A stretch of DNA of 64,000 bases from Candidatus Eremiobacteria bacterium. GTDB taxonomy: Bacteria; Vulcanimicrobiota; Vulcanimicrobiia; Vulcanimicrobiales; Vulcanimicrobiaceae. The stretch lies in assembly GCA_963758295.1 (NCBI GenBank), contig CAVWUU010000001.1, positions 224,001 through 288,000 on the forward strand. The letters run 5' to 3'. The position numbers were made by a program, and so were the translations under genes. Every line of letters starts with the position of its first letter. Position 1 is the first letter of the stretch. Below are positions 22,953 through 33,434 of this stretch, piece by piece. The notes beneath the pieces were generated by a model. That model saw nothing but the letters and a program-made list of their open reading frames with translations, searched no databases and was not told the DNA's origin.

Positions 22953-24668
22953 GGCGACGCTCTCGTAGGCGGCCCGAATGTCGGCGGCTTCCGTAACGGG
23001 CGCCGCGCACACCGTTCCACGGCACACGTAGGCCGTAGCGTGCGTTGTCGCGTCTTCAGTTGCAACGCAGACGAACGCCGTCGGCAGGCGGAATGCCGTT
23101 TCTCGGAACTCGCTCGTCGCCGTAACGCTGCCCGAGAGCTTTACGCTGATTTCAGGTGAGAGGTACCGCGCGAGAGCGCGCGCATAAGTCGCTGAGAATT
23201 GTCCCGCATTCTGATGCGTGCGCGCATATAGCGCTAACGTCGCGGCCGCATGATCGCGATACGTGTTGTCTCCCGTCAGCGTCGCGAGACGCAGCAGCGA
23301 TTCGGCCACGATGCCGTTCTCCACGATCGGCCGGTCTGCGAGCTCGAGTCTTCCGATGGTTGCTTCTGTACCGGCGTGATCGGTAAAACCGCCGTCGGCA
23401 GCGGCAAAATGCCGGATGACGCGTCCGGCATGCGCCTGCGCCCGTTCCAGGAACCGGGGCTCGCCCGTGTGCTCGTGGACATCGATAAGCGCGCGAAGGT
23501 ATGCCGCTTGATCGGCGAGCAACCCGCGAATTCGCGGCGTCTCGCCCGGTGCAACGACGTGAAAGAGCAACCCGTCTTGGTCCGAGACTTCCTCGTGCAA
23601 TACATCGAGCGTCTCTATCGCTTCGCGCGCAAGCGCGTCGTCATCAAGCGCCGTAGACGCCCACGCGAACGCGCCGGCCAGCGCGGCCGTCCAATTGCTG
23701 TACGAGCGCGGATCCACGTACGGGCGAGAACGCCCTGCACGCGACTCTAAGTCGAGCGCGAAGTACTCTTCGTCGGCATCTTGGCTTCCCGAAAACAGCT
23801 TCGTTTTCGGGTTTCGCAGCGTCGTGCGGACGTACCTGAGCGCCGATTGCAGCGTTACGCGCCAATCGTTGTTCGGCGTCCACGTCTGCAGTTGGGCGAG
23901 CACGCGCAATAGTCCGGCGTGATCTTCGCTCATCTTCTCGAAGTGCGGAACGGACCAATCACGCGTCGTCGAGTAGCGGAAGAACCCGCCCTCGACGCGA
24001 TCGTACATGCCGCCGCGAGCCATCTCGAGCATCGTTCGCGCGACCATTTCGTAAAAGTGCGGATCGCCTTGGGCGCGCCACCAGGTTAGTAAAAAATCCA
24101 GCACCTCGGGTTGCGGGAACTTCGGCGCGTTCCCGAACCCGCCGAATTCGCCGTCGTACCCATCGGCGATCGACCGCGCGACGTCCGACACCATGGCGGC
24201 GTTGAGATCTTCGCGAGGCGCCGGTTCGATTTCGGCCTTGCGGCCGCGCATCTCGGCGGTTTGCGTTTCGATCTGTGATCGATTTTCGCGGTAAAAACGC
24301 GACACTTCGCCGAGGGCGCGGTTCATCTGCTCGGGCGGCAGATACGTGAAGCCCGTAATAATCGATCCATCTGGCGTCAGGAACGCCGTCGTGGGCCAGC
24401 CGCCCATGTTGTAGCGTGAATTGACGTCGGGGCGTTCGTCATTGTCGACGCGTACCGCGACGTAGTCGCGATTGATCGATTCGATCACCGACGGATCGGA
24501 ATAGCTGGTTTCATCCATAACATGGCACCAGTGGCACCACACTGCGGAAATGCCGAGCAAGACGGGTTTCGACTCCGCCGATGCACGCGCAAAGGCATCA
24601 TCGCTCCATGGTTGCCAGTCGATTTCGGCGGCGCGGTTTGCGCGCGGTGAAAAATGAAAATCAGCCAT
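22947..24668 (-). CDS. YyaL/DUF255 thioredoxin-domain protein with alpha/alpha-barrel
   Basis: WCHWCHVMD, GGWPTT, PKFP, WSVPHFEKM, AYVCRGTVCAAP. Confidence 0.9.
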   Translation of the reverse strand: MADFHFSPRANRAAEIDWQPWSDDAFARASAESKPVLLGISAVWCHWCHVMDETSYSDPSVIESINRDYVAVRVDNDERPDVNSRYNMGGWPTTAFLTPDGSIITGFTYLPPEQMNRALGEVSRFYRENRSQIETQTAEMRGRKAEIEPAPREDLNAAMVSDVARSIADGYDGEFGGFGNAPKFPQPEVLDFLLTWWRAQGDPHFYEMVARTMLEMARGGMYDRVEGGFFRYSTTRDWSVPHFEKMSEDHAGLLRVLAQLQTWTPNNDWRVTLQSALRYVRTTLRNPKTKLFSGSQDADEEYFALDLESRAGRSRPYVDPRSYSNWTAALAGAFAWASTALDDDALAREAIETLDVLHEEVSDQDGLLFHVVAPGETPRIRGLLADQAAYLRALIDVHEHTGEPRFLERAQAHAGRVIRHFAAADGGFTDHAGTEATIGRLELADRPIVENGIVAESLLRLATLTGDNTYRDHAAATLALYARTHQNAGQFSATYARALARYLSPEISVKLSGSVTATSEFRETAFRLPTAFVCVATEDATTHATAYVCRGTVCAAPVTEAADIRAAYESVAS

Positions 24669-24942
24669 CGTCTTCGTGAGCGCCTCGCAGGAACGACGTA
24701 AGATAAAAGATCGCCACGAGGACGAAAGCGGTGAACGCGGCGATCTCGATTTGCAATTTGAATACCCATGCGGCCGCAAAAACTCCCGCGAACATAAGCC
24801 CCGCAATCGCGTACGATCGATGCGTCCGCGCCGTCATGCCGTACACCTGGGTGTCAAAAAAACCGCCTGGTACCCGGCTCCGGCTGTAAGCAAACGCACC
24901 CAAGAGCAACGAACCTAAAAATCCTATGACGGCCCAAGCCAT
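24661..24942 (-). CDS. Small membrane protein (3 TM)
   Basis: Hydrophobic 93-aa ORF overlapping the start of yyaL. Confidence 0.7.
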   Translation of the reverse strand: MAWAVIGFLGSLLLGAFAYSRSRVPGGFFDTQVYGMTARTHRSYAIAGLMFAGVFAAAWVFKLQIEIAAFTAFVLVAIFYLTSFLRGAHEDDG

Positions 24943-24966
24943 ACGGGTCGCTTCGCGGGGGAGCGG

Positions 24967-24992
24967 GTTTGCGCTTGCGGACGGACGGGAAA
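24967..24992 (+). promoter_or_regulatory. Putative SigB/SigF-type promoter
   Basis: (G)GTTT-N16-GGGAAA upstream of the small membrane protein/ligD operon. Confidence 0.6.
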
Positions 24993-25032
24993 AAAACAGG
25001 CGCTTATAGCGAGTAAGGGAGGCACCAAACTA

Positions 25033-25290
25033 ATGAGTGATCAGGGACCTGTGATCGTAAAGGACGATAGCGGCGGCAGCGGTGCCGCGATCGGCATCAC
25101 GCTGGTCGTTATCGTCGCGATCTTGATTGCGCTGTTCGCTTGGCACCCGTGGTCGACGACCTCGTATTCGACGACACATAACTCGACCGTCACGCAGCCG
25201 AATTCCAACGGCAACGGCAGCTCGACCAACGGATCGTCCACGACAAACTCGTCCACGACCACAAACAATAACGGCGGGGGAGGACACTAA
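25033..25290 (+). CDS. Small single-TM protein with Ser/Thr/Asn-rich tail
   Basis: AAGGGAGG RBS; TM segment IGITLVVIVAILIALFAW. Confidence 0.75.
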   Translation: MSDQGPVIVKDDSGGSGAAIGITLVVIVAILIALFAWHPWSTTSYSTTHNSTVTQPNSNGNGSSTNGSSTTNSSTTTNNNGGGGH

Positions 25291-25292
25291 CG

Positions 25293-25451
25293 ATGGGCGG
25301 TCTGCTTTGGGCCATTATCGTGATCTTGTTCATCTTCTGGCTGCTGGGCTTGTCGTTCCACCTGTTGGGCGGATTCATCCACATCGTGCTGGTCATCGCG
25401 GTCATTCTGTTGATCGTGAACCTGTTGACCGGCCGAGGCGCAAGAGTGTAA
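25293..25451 (+). CDS. lmo0937/DUF5670-family small membrane protein (52 aa)
   Basis: Manual translation MGGLLWAIIVILFIFWLLGLSFHLLGGFIHIVLVIAVILLIVNLLTGRGARV; GGAGG RBS; not in the ORF track. Confidence 0.85.
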   Translation: MGGLLWAIIVILFIFWLLGLSFHLLGGFIHIVLVIAVILLIVNLLTGRGARV

Positions 25452-25462
25452 GACTCGGCTAG

Positions 25463-27067
25463 ATGCCGAGAAAAACAAACGGCGGAGCGAGCCGGAAGAC
25501 CGGTTCGCTCGCCACCTACAATAAGAAACGCGATTTCGCGATAACCCCCGAGCCGAGCGGACGCAAGGCCAAGGAAGCCGCGAAATTGCGTTTCGTCATT
25601 CAGAAACATGACGCGACGCGGCTTCACTACGATTTTCGTTTAGAAGCCGGTGGCGTTCTGGCATCATGGGCGGTGCCTAAAGGTCCGACGCTGGTCCCGG
25701 GTGAGCGTCGCCTCGCAATGCACGTCGAGGATCACCCGATGGACTACCGCGATTTCGAAGGCGTGATTCCGGCGGGGCAGTATGGGGCCGGCGAAGTCAT
25801 CGTGTGGGACAACGGCACCTACGAATTGGCCGAAGGGACGAACCCGGTCAAAGAAATCGCCAATGGGAAAATCAAGTTCATCATGTACGGCGAGAAGCTG
25901 CACGGCATGTTCACCCTCGTGCGCATGAAGCCGAAAGAGGGCGAAAGCGGCGATCCATGGCTGCTGCTCAAGGATCACGACGGCGACGACCCCAAGACGT
26001 GGGACGTCAACGACTATCCGCAATCGGTGAAGACCGGACGCACGTTGGACGACATTCGCAACGATCCCAAAGCCAAGAAATGGCAGTCGAAAGCGAAGAA
26101 GAAGACGGCGGAGCCAAAAGCGCACGCTCGCGTGAAAGCCGACCCGCTTCCGAACGTGAAGTCGGTCGAACTCGCAACGACGATCGATGAACCGTTCGAT
26201 GATGACGCATGGCTTTTTGAAATCAAGTGGGACGGCTATCGTGCGCTCTGTACCATTGACGAGCGAGGCCACCTCTCGCTGGTTTCGCGCAACGGCCTTG
26301 ATTTGCTCAAACAGTTCCCCGACATGGAGGGCCTGGCCGACGCGTTCGCCAGCGTTCCGATCATGGTCGATGGTGAAATCGTCAGCTTAGACGAAAGCGG
26401 CCGCTCGGATTTTCAACGCCTTCAAGAGTACGCGCAGCAGCGCCATCCACTAACATTTGCGGCTTTCGATTTGCTTTACGCGGACGGGCGCGATCAGCGT
26501 AAGGCGCCCTTGGAAGAACGAAAGGCATTGCTGGAGCGATTGATTCAAAGCGACGACGGGCTGGTGCTGTACTCCAAGCACGTCGTCGGGCGCGGCAACG
26601 CGCTCTTCGAACAAGCGCAAACCAATAACCTCGAAGGCATCATCGGCAAGAAGCGCGAGTCGCCATACCTCGAACGGCGCACGCGGGACTGGGTGAAGAT
26701 CAAAGCGCAACTCGAGGACGAGTTTATCATCGGCGGCTGGACCGATCCGCGCGGCAGCCGCAAAGGCTTCGGTTCGTTGCTGCTCGGTGCGTACGACGGA
26801 AAACAGCTGCGCTACGTCGGCCACGTCGGCACGGGCTTTTCGCAAAAACTGCTGGCCGAAATCACGCAGAAGCTCAAGAGCCTCGAACGCGAGAAGTCGC
26901 CGTTCTCCACACCGGTCGAGGCGAACACTAAAGCGCATTGGGTGGACCCGAAGCTCGTGGCGCAGGTGCGTTATACCGAAAGAACGCGCGACGGCTTTCT
27001 TCGCCATCCGGCGTTTCTTGGGCTGCGCATCGATAAGGATGCAAAAGATGTCCGCTTCGAAGGTTGA
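25463..27067 (+). CDS. ligD: NHEJ DNA ligase D (phosphoesterase plus ATP-dependent ligase domains)
   Basis: QKHDATRLHYDFRLE, EDHPMDY, EIKWDGYR (adenylated Lys), EGIIGK, WVKIK, LRHPAF. Confidence 0.95.
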   Translation: MPRKTNGGASRKTGSLATYNKKRDFAITPEPSGRKAKEAAKLRFVIQKHDATRLHYDFRLEAGGVLASWAVPKGPTLVPGERRLAMHVEDHPMDYRDFEGVIPAGQYGAGEVIVWDNGTYELAEGTNPVKEIANGKIKFIMYGEKLHGMFTLVRMKPKEGESGDPWLLLKDHDGDDPKTWDVNDYPQSVKTGRTLDDIRNDPKAKKWQSKAKKKTAEPKAHARVKADPLPNVKSVELATTIDEPFDDDAWLFEIKWDGYRALCTIDERGHLSLVSRNGLDLLKQFPDMEGLADAFASVPIMVDGEIVSLDESGRSDFQRLQEYAQQRHPLTFAAFDLLYADGRDQRKAPLEERKALLERLIQSDDGLVLYSKHVVGRGNALFEQAQTNNLEGIIGKKRESPYLERRTRDWVKIKAQLEDEFIIGGWTDPRGSRKGFGSLLLGAYDGKQLRYVGHVGTGFSQKLLAEITQKLKSLEREKSPFSTPVEANTKAHWVDPKLVAQVRYTERTRDGFLRHPAFLGLRIDKDAKDVRFEG

Positions 27068-28004
27068 AGTGAACGTCGACGGACGCACTCTGAATCTATC
27101 GAATCAGGACAAAGTCTTGTTTCCTCGCGACGGCTACACCAAAGGCGATTTGGTGCGCTACTACCGTGACGTAGCGCCGTTCATTCTTCCCCACCTGCGC
27201 GATATTCCGCTCACGCTTCAACGCTATCCCGACGGCGTCGACGCGCAATCGTTCTTCGAAAAACATCTTCCGCGCGGCCTTCCGTCGTGGGTACCGACGG
27301 TGCCCGTTTCCAGCCCCGGCGGCCGTCGCGAAACCACGCAGTACATGGTTTGCAACGATGAAGCGACGTTGACGTTCGTGGCCAATCTCGCATCGATCGT
27401 GCTGCACGTTTGGACATCGCACCTCAAAACGATCGAAGAGCCCGACTACGTGTTCTTCGATTTGGATCCCGGCGAAGAGTGCACCTTAAAAACGCTGGCC
27501 GGCGTCGCATTGGAGATGCGCGATCTGCTTGCAGAAATCGGGATCACCTCGTTGACGAAGACGTCGGGCGGAATGGGCCTGCACGTCGTGGTCCCGCTCG
27601 CCGCCGGCTATGGTTACGACGCGGCGAAAATCTTCGCTGAAGCGGTGGCCAAGCATTTGGCGCAAGCCGATCCGAAACGCGTTACGCTCGACCGGTCGCT
27701 GAAGTCGCGCGATCAATCGGCCGTCTATCTGGACTATTTGCAAGTCGGGCGCGGAAAGACGATCGTTAGCACCTATTCAGTGCGGGCGCGTGACGGTGCT
27801 CCGGTTTCTACGCCGCTGGACTGGTCGGAAGTCGAGGCGTTTGCAAAAAAACGGGGCGCGCCGTGGGATGCTTTTGCGAAGTTCAATATCAAAACGACCC
27901 CCACGCGGCTGAAAGCCGACGGCGATCTTTGGAGCGGGAAAGCATGGAAGAAACAGCGCTTGGAACCGGCGATTAAACGGGCGCAGAAGGCGTGGCCCGC
28001 GTGA
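27048..28004 (+). CDS. LigD polymerase/primase domain, stand-alone
   Basis: LSNQDKVLFP, TKGDLVRYY, RYPDG, FFDLDP, KTSGGMGLHV, YSVRAR; ATG 27048 with AAGGA RBS. Confidence 0.92.
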   Translation: MSASKVEVNVDGRTLNLSNQDKVLFPRDGYTKGDLVRYYRDVAPFILPHLRDIPLTLQRYPDGVDAQSFFEKHLPRGLPSWVPTVPVSSPGGRRETTQYMVCNDEATLTFVANLASIVLHVWTSHLKTIEEPDYVFFDLDPGEECTLKTLAGVALEMRDLLAEIGITSLTKTSGGMGLHVVVPLAAGYGYDAAKIFAEAVAKHLAQADPKRVTLDRSLKSRDQSAVYLDYLQVGRGKTIVSTYSVRARDGAPVSTPLDWSEVEAFAKKRGAPWDAFAKFNIKTTPTRLKADGDLWSGKAWKKQRLEPAIKRAQKAWPA

Positions 28005-28093
28005 ACCACAATATCTAGTAGCGCTCGCTCGGGCTGCCCCACGAAATAGGGTGGCTAGCCGAACGCCAGTACGCTGGGTATGATAGACCAGCT

Positions 28094-28951
28094 ATGGCGC
28101 ATTCGATTTGGTCCGGTGCAATCAACTTCGGCCTCGTAACGATTCCCGTAAAACTCTTCACCGCCGTCCGCAGCGACGAGCTTTCGTTCAACATGCTGCA
28201 TGCTAAAGACGAAGGGCGTATCAAATACGAACGCGTGTGCTCCGTGGACGGGAAGCCCGTTCCGTGGGACGAGATCGTCAAAGGTTACGAGTACGAAAAA
28301 GGCCAGTACGTCGTCCTTACCGATGACGACTTCAAGAAAGTCAATCCCGAAGCGACGCAGTCCGTCGACATTCTCGAGTTCGTCGATCTCGACAAAATCA
28401 ACCCAATGTACTTCGACAAGCCGTACTATTTGGAGCCGAGCAAACAGGGGCGCCATGCCTATGCGTTGCTGCGCCAAGCGCTGCTCCAGGCCAATAAAGT
28501 CGCTATTGCGCGCGTGGTGATTCGAACCAAGGAATACATCGCCGCCGTTAAGCCGTCCGAAGAAGCGCTCGTGCTGGAACTTATGCATTGGGCGAATGAA
28601 ATCGTCGAGCCGTCGTCGCTTGATCTTCCGGGTCACGAGAAGTTGCCTGAAGCGGAAATGAAAATGGCGAAGATGCTCATCGACACGATGAGCGTGGACG
28701 AGTTCGAACCCGAGAAATTTACGAACAGTTACCACGATGAGTTGCTTGCGATGATCGACGCCCGCGCGCAAGGCAAAGAACTGCCGAAGGCCAAGAAGGC
28801 CCCGGCGCGCGCGAAAGTCGTCAATCTCATGGACGTGCTCGCGCAGAGCCTCGAAGAAAGCAAAAAGCGCCGGGCCACCAACGGCCGCAGCGCTTCTTCC
28901 GAGAAGCCGGAAAAGAAGACCACTCACAAGCGCAAGAAGTCTGCGGCCTAA
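28094..28951 (+). CDS. ku: NHEJ DNA end-binding protein Ku
   Basis: SIWSGAINFGLVTIPVKL, IVKGYE, VVNLMDVLAQSL, basic C-terminal tail. Confidence 0.96.
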   Translation: MAHSIWSGAINFGLVTIPVKLFTAVRSDELSFNMLHAKDEGRIKYERVCSVDGKPVPWDEIVKGYEYEKGQYVVLTDDDFKKVNPEATQSVDILEFVDLDKINPMYFDKPYYLEPSKQGRHAYALLRQALLQANKVAIARVVIRTKEYIAAVKPSEEALVLELMHWANEIVEPSSLDLPGHEKLPEAEMKMAKMLIDTMSVDEFEPEKFTNSYHDELLAMIDARAQGKELPKAKKAPARAKVVNLMDVLAQSLEESKKRRATNGRSASSEKPEKKTTHKRKKSAA

Positions 28952-28959
28952 TCCCCGGC

Positions 28960-29652
28960 TTATGCCGTCGCGTACCGCGGTGCGCCGGCGGTCTGGCGCA
29001 TTTGCGCAAAAACAATGACGTGGCCAATGAAAAACAGCGGAACGAGGAATACGGGAATCAACGACCACGGCAGCATCGTAATTGCGGCAGACCCGGGGCC
29101 CGCATGAATGAGTTGAATCGGCGAACCGTTGGCCGACGTTATGCCGAGTGCCACGGCGATCACGAGATCTAAAAGCCCAAAGGCGTTCCAAAGAATCAAG
29201 CGTGAGTCGCCACGCGCGAGATTCGGCTCGCGAAGCACGAGCGGAATCGCCCCGATGCCAACGATAACGTCTCCGATACCGGCAAAGAACGGAAACGGAC
29301 CACCCAGTTGGCCGGCATAGACCAGCGCCACAAACAGAAAGCCGATCGCACGAAAAACGTTCATGCCGAGGATGGCGCGCCGGGGAACGGCGAGCAGACG
29401 TCCGCGTGCGTCGCGAACGGTGGCCGCAAGAATTGCGGCGACGATAAACGGAACTGCGAAAAGCGCAAGTAGCACCGGCAAATCAGCGATTGCCCCCGAG
29501 ACCGTCGCGTCGACGAGGACGCCGATCCATGCGCCGGCTAGGGCGCCGAAGAGCACTTGCGCGAGCCGGCGTGCGAACAGGGCGCTTGAAAGGGTGACGA
29601 TCATCGCGCACACCGTCGCGAAGACCAGTACGTTGCCTAGAAGCTGAAGCAT
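28960..29652 (-). CDS. Polytopic membrane protein
   Basis: AAGGAGG RBS; about 7 TM segments; AGIGDVIVG, WNAFGLLDL, PWSLIPVFLVPL. Confidence 0.8.
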   Translation of the reverse strand: MLQLLGNVLVFATVCAMIVTLSSALFARRLAQVLFGALAGAWIGVLVDATVSGAIADLPVLLALFAVPFIVAAILAATVRDARGRLLAVPRRAILGMNVFRAIGFLFVALVYAGQLGGPFPFFAGIGDVIVGIGAIPLVLREPNLARGDSRLILWNAFGLLDLVIAVALGITSANGSPIQLIHAGPGSAAITMLPWSLIPVFLVPLFFIGHVIVFAQMRQTAGAPRYATA

Positions 29653-29668
29653 CGAGTTTCCCTCCTTA

Positions 29669-29721
29669 TGACTTTCATCATGCAAGTAAGTGTACTCCAT
29701 TGACTTCTATCATGCAAGTCA
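29669..29721. promoter_or_regulatory. Tandem palindromic operators, probably bound by the HxlR-type regulator
   Basis: TGACTTtcatcatgcAAGTAA (29669-29689) and TGACTTctatcatgcAAGTCA (29701-29721), 32 bp apart, between divergent genes. Confidence 0.75.
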
Positions 29722-29734
29722 CTATGGTAATGGT

Positions 29735-30160
29735 ATGCGTCACGCTAGTTTGGCCGCCGCGTTGCCTTGCCCGATCGCCCGCACTCTTGAGATTGTCGGG
29801 GAATGGTGGTCGCTGCTTCTTATTCGCGACGCTTTGCTCGGCGCTCGGCGGTTCGACGAATTCAAGCGTTCCGGGATTTCCGATAACATCTTATCGACGC
29901 GTTTGAAAACGCTCACCGAAGCCCACGTGTTCAAGCGGGTACGTTATCAAACGTCTCCCGATCGTTACGAATACGTCCTCACCGAAAAAGGCGAATCGCT
30001 CGCTCCGGTCGTGCTCGCTTTACGCTCGTGGGGCCGCCGCTGGACAAAAGGCGCCGATGCAAGCGCGATCCGGCACGAAGGCTGCGGCGGCAACATCACC
30101 GTCGCCGTCCAATGCGAAAAATGCGGAGAGGACCCCCACTCCGTCACGACGTCTTCGTAG
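29735..30160 (+). CDS. HxlR-family winged-helix regulator
   Basis: CPIARTLEIVGEWWSLLLIR, RYEYVLTEKG; C-terminal HxxC..CxxC. Confidence 0.9.
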   Translation: MRHASLAAALPCPIARTLEIVGEWWSLLLIRDALLGARRFDEFKRSGISDNILSTRLKTLTEAHVFKRVRYQTSPDRYEYVLTEKGESLAPVVLALRSWGRRWTKGADASAIRHEGCGGNITVAVQCEKCGEDPHSVTTSS

Positions 30161-30252
30161 GCCGGTGCAGCGCTAGCTTCCCCCGCTACGATGATGCGGG
30201 AATTTACAGCGAGATCGAGGGCGAACAAGGTTCGCCCGATCACGCGTTACCG

Positions 30253-31017
30253 CTACCGGTTGAACATGTCTTTGAGCACTGCGCCGGCGATGCCGCCTGC
30301 AATCCCGGCTTGGGATGTTTGTTGCGCGACGTCGCGGCCGAGATACGGCATCAACGAATGCGCGAGGTTCGGCATCGTCAGTGTTTGCAGCCACACTTTG
30401 CCCGGACCCGTCATTCGCGCAATGAACAGGCCGTCGCCGCCGAAGATCGCGTTTGTGATTCCACGCATGAACGTGATATCGAAGTTAACGCTCTCTTCGA
30501 ACATGCCGATGTGTCCGGGATGAACCTGAATCGATTCGCCCGGCTGCAAATCATAAGTCACGATTTCGCCGCCAAGCTCGACCCAAGCGCTGCACGATCC
30601 GGCCAGCCGTTGCAACACGAACCCGTTCCCGCCGAAAATTCCGGCGCCGAGCGAACGTTGAAAGCCCATCGAGAGTTCGACGCCGTGGGTCGCGCAAAGA
30701 AACCCATGGCGATGAACCATGTATGCTCGTCCCGGCGTCACGTCGACTTGCATGATTTGGCCTGGAACTTTGGCCGCGAACGCGACGAGACCGTTGCCCG
30801 ACTGCGCGCGATATTCGGTCATGAATAGGCCGCCGCCGGAGAGCGCGCGACCGATCGCGCCCAAAAAGCCCTTTGCGCCTGCCGTCATCGCCGTCGTATT
30901 CAGCGAGACGTTGTCGGTCATCCAAGAAAACTCGCCCGGCTCGGCCACGATCGTGTCACCGGGTTCCAATCCGATCTCAAGCACCGGCATCGTGCTGCCG
31001 GTAATCTTCGATTTCAT
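30253..31017 (-). CDS. AIM24/TIGR00266-family protein
   Basis: AEPGEFSWM, GGGLFMT, FGGNGFVLQRL, GPGKVWLQT. Confidence 0.88.
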   Translation of the reverse strand: MKSKITGSTMPVLEIGLEPGDTIVAEPGEFSWMTDNVSLNTTAMTAGAKGFLGAIGRALSGGGLFMTEYRAQSGNGLVAFAAKVPGQIMQVDVTPGRAYMVHRHGFLCATHGVELSMGFQRSLGAGIFGGNGFVLQRLAGSCSAWVELGGEIVTYDLQPGESIQVHPGHIGMFEESVNFDITFMRGITNAIFGGDGLFIARMTGPGKVWLQTLTMPNLAHSLMPYLGRDVAQQTSQAGIAGGIAGAVLKDMFNR

Positions 31018-31026
31018 GTGCGCCTC

Positions 31027-32229
31027 CTAAGCTTCAGGTGATACCTCCGGAATAGGTGCCGGGTTTCGCACGTACTTTTCATCCTTTGGCGCGGCGGCGA
31101 GCCCCATCAACAGGCCGACCATCGAGAGAATCAGCGGCTCAACGGGACCGAACGGTCCGCCGTAGCGGCTGAGGAGCCCGGTTGAGATAGGCGGAGCAAG
31201 GATGCCCGACATGGAGTCGAGCGACGAGCTTACGCCTAGCACGGTGCCCTGCTCGCGATTCGTTGCCGTGTTGGAGATCAATGCCGTAATGCCATTTTGT
31301 GCAAACGCGCCGCCGATAGCAAACAGCACCATCGACGCTGCCACCGTAACCACGTGATGCGCGAAAGGCAGCGTTGCAAACGACGCAACCAAGAACAGCA
31401 AACCGAGGCTCGACATCGCACGATCGCCCACCTTGTTGGAGACTTTGCCGACGCCGAAGCCGTTAATCACTACGTTCACAAGGGCGAATCCCGAGAAGTA
31501 CTCGGTGGTCTGTACGACGCCGAAGTGCAACTGGTATTGCAGGTAAAGCGCGATGACCGCGTACCAGCCGTAGAGCGCCAAGGACAGCGCCAATTTCTGC
31601 CACAGAATGCGCGAGAGCCGCGGGTTGCGAAGCGTGCCTAAGACTTCACGCGCACCAACGCGCGATTCGGCTTCATCGGATTTCGTGCGTGATTCCGGTA
31701 ATAACAGCACGGTGAGAATCAGCGTTAATAACTGCAGTGCCGACGCCGCTAAAAACGGTGCTTTGAATCCATAGCGCGCAAAGAGCGCGCCGCCGCCGAC
31801 GGGACCAAACACCATGCCGGCTGCGAACGTCGCACCGATCAAGCCGAACGCGCGCGCGCGCTGCTTGGGCTCGACAACGTCGGCGACATACGCTTGGGTG
31901 ATGCTGATATTGCCGCCCGACGTGCCTTCGACGATGCGCGCGACAAACACCCAAAAGATATTGCCGGCGAATGCGAGCATCGCCCAACCGATCGTTGCGC
32001 CAACCTGGCTGATGATCAGCACCGCTTTACGGCCGATGCGATCCGAAACGTTTCCCCAGACCGGACCGGACAACAGTTGGCAGAAGCAGAACGTGCCGAC
32101 AAGCACACCGACGACTTCTGCGCTCATGCCGAAATGCGTCACGAAATACGGCAGTATCGGAATCAGCATGCTGAAGCCGACGATATCGATAAACGTGATG
32201 CCGAGGATCGGTAATAACTTACGAATCAA
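31027..32229 (-). CDS. MFS transporter (TetA/DHA1-like)
   Basis: [10 protein letters not shown] (motif A), AYVADV; about 12 TM segments. Confidence 0.9.
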   Translation of the reverse strand: MIRKLLPILGITFIDIVGFSMLIPILPYFVTHFGMSAEVVGVLVGTFCFCQLLSGPVWGNVSDRIGRKAVLIISQVGATIGWAMLAFAGNIFWVFVARIVEGTSGGNISITQAYVADVVEPKQRARAFGLIGATFAAGMVFGPVGGGALFARYGFKAPFLAASALQLLTLILTVLLLPESRTKSDEAESRVGAREVLGTLRNPRLSRILWQKLALSLALYGWYAVIALYLQYQLHFGVVQTTEYFSGFALVNVVINGFGVGKVSNKVGDRAMSSLGLLFLVASFATLPFAHHVVTVAASMVLFAIGGAFAQNGITALISNTATNREQGTVLGVSSSLDSMSGILAPPISTGLLSRYGGPFGPVEPLILSMVGLLMGLAAAPKDEKYVRNPAPIPEVSPEA

Positions 32230-33176
32230 GCGGGAGACTCCACCGGCAAGATTATCGGCCGGAGTCGCTCGCTCTTGCGAAGGACGTCTAATTTATATGG
32301 GCGGGACAAATCGATGCGCGTTAGATGCTTATGCAGCTCATCAATTCCGGTGAGACGTTCACCTTCGATAGCAAGCAAAACATCGCCCGGTTTGAGGCGC
32401 GCCGTATCGGCCGGGCTTCCCGGCTCGACCGAGGCCACGAGCACGCCGCGTCCATCGGCGAGCTCGAAGCGGCGCATTGCCGCGTGTGAAAGCGCGACAT
32501 CCTGTCCCGCAATGCCGAAGTAGCCGCGGCGCACTTTCCCGTGCCGCACAAGCAACCCCGCGATGTACTTTGCGGTGTTGATAGCTATCGCAAAGCACAA
32601 ATTCTGGCCCGGTAGCACGGCGGTATTCACGCCGACGACGTCGCCCCGCGCATTAACAAGCGGGCCGCCGGAGTTGCCTGGATTGAGGGCCGCGTCGGTC
32701 TGAATGACGTTGTCCATCAGGCGCCCGGATGGCGCACGTAGGCTGCGGCCGAGACCGCTAACTACGCCTGCCGTAACCGTGTACGCGAGCCCGAACGGGT
32801 TGCCGACCGCAACGACGAGCTGTCCCGGTTTCAGCACGGACGAGTCGCCAAGTGAAGCGGGGACCAGTTCAGGCGCGTCTACGCGTACGACTGCCAGATC
32901 GGTGTGCGGGTCGTTGCCGATCAGCTCGGCTTGGAGTTCCCGGCCATCGAGCAAAGCAACCGAGATCTCCTCGGCGTCGCTAACGACATGGCTGTTTGTC
33001 AGCACGAAGCCGTCGGGCGTGAAGATGAAGCCGGAACCGTTTCCACCGTTCCGGCCCGCGCGCACCTCGATCGCGACGACCGACGGGCTTACGCGCTCTG
33101 CAGCTGCGGTTACGGCTTCGGAATAGGGGTCTAGCAGCTGTTCGTGCAGCTGCGAGATTGGTCTGAGCGGGAGCAT
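32226..33176 (-). CDS. HtrA-like trypsin serine protease with PDZ domain
   Basis: [25 protein letters not shown] catalytic triad; C-terminal PDZ. Confidence 0.93.
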   Translation of the reverse strand: MLPLRPISQLHEQLLDPYSEAVTAAAERVSPSVVAIEVRAGRNGGNGSGFIFTPDGFVLTNSHVVSDAEEISVALLDGRELQAELIGNDPHTDLAVVRVDAPELVPASLGDSSVLKPGQLVVAVGNPFGLAYTVTAGVVSGLGRSLRAPSGRLMDNVIQTDAALNPGNSGGPLVNARGDVVGVNTAVLPGQNLCFAIAINTAKYIAGLLVRHGKVRRGYFGIAGQDVALSHAAMRRFELADGRGVLVASVEPGSPADTARLKPGDVLLAIEGERLTGIDELHKHLTRIDLSRPYKLDVLRKSERLRPIILPVESPA

Positions 33177-33272
33177 CGTATCTTTCGGAAACCGGAAGGC
33201 GTACTGACGGTTGCGCAGAACTCCGTTCGGCCGCGGTCCCAGGATGCGCGCGGAATGCGCGGCCGCGGACGT

Positions 33273-33359
33273 GCTCAGGTGGCGGAATTGGTAGACGCGC
33301 TGGTTTCAGGTATCAGTGGTGGCAACATCGTGGGGGTTCGAGTCCCTTCCTGAGCACCA
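33273..33359 (+). tRNA. tRNA-Leu(CAG)
   Basis: GCTCAGG/CCTGAGC acceptor stem, D-loop GG, anticodon CAG at 33307-33309, long variable arm, GTTCGA, encoded CCA. Confidence 0.96.
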
Positions 33360-33434
33360 AAGATTTAGATGTGTTTTTCGCTTTTGCGCTGTTCAATCCA
33401 AGAACTCTACGGTTTTTGGTATTGGACCATTGGC

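Noticed and set aside
25463..28951. Split LigD plus Ku as a novel system
   Set aside because: A well-known NHEJ arrangement; stand-alone polymerase domains are common
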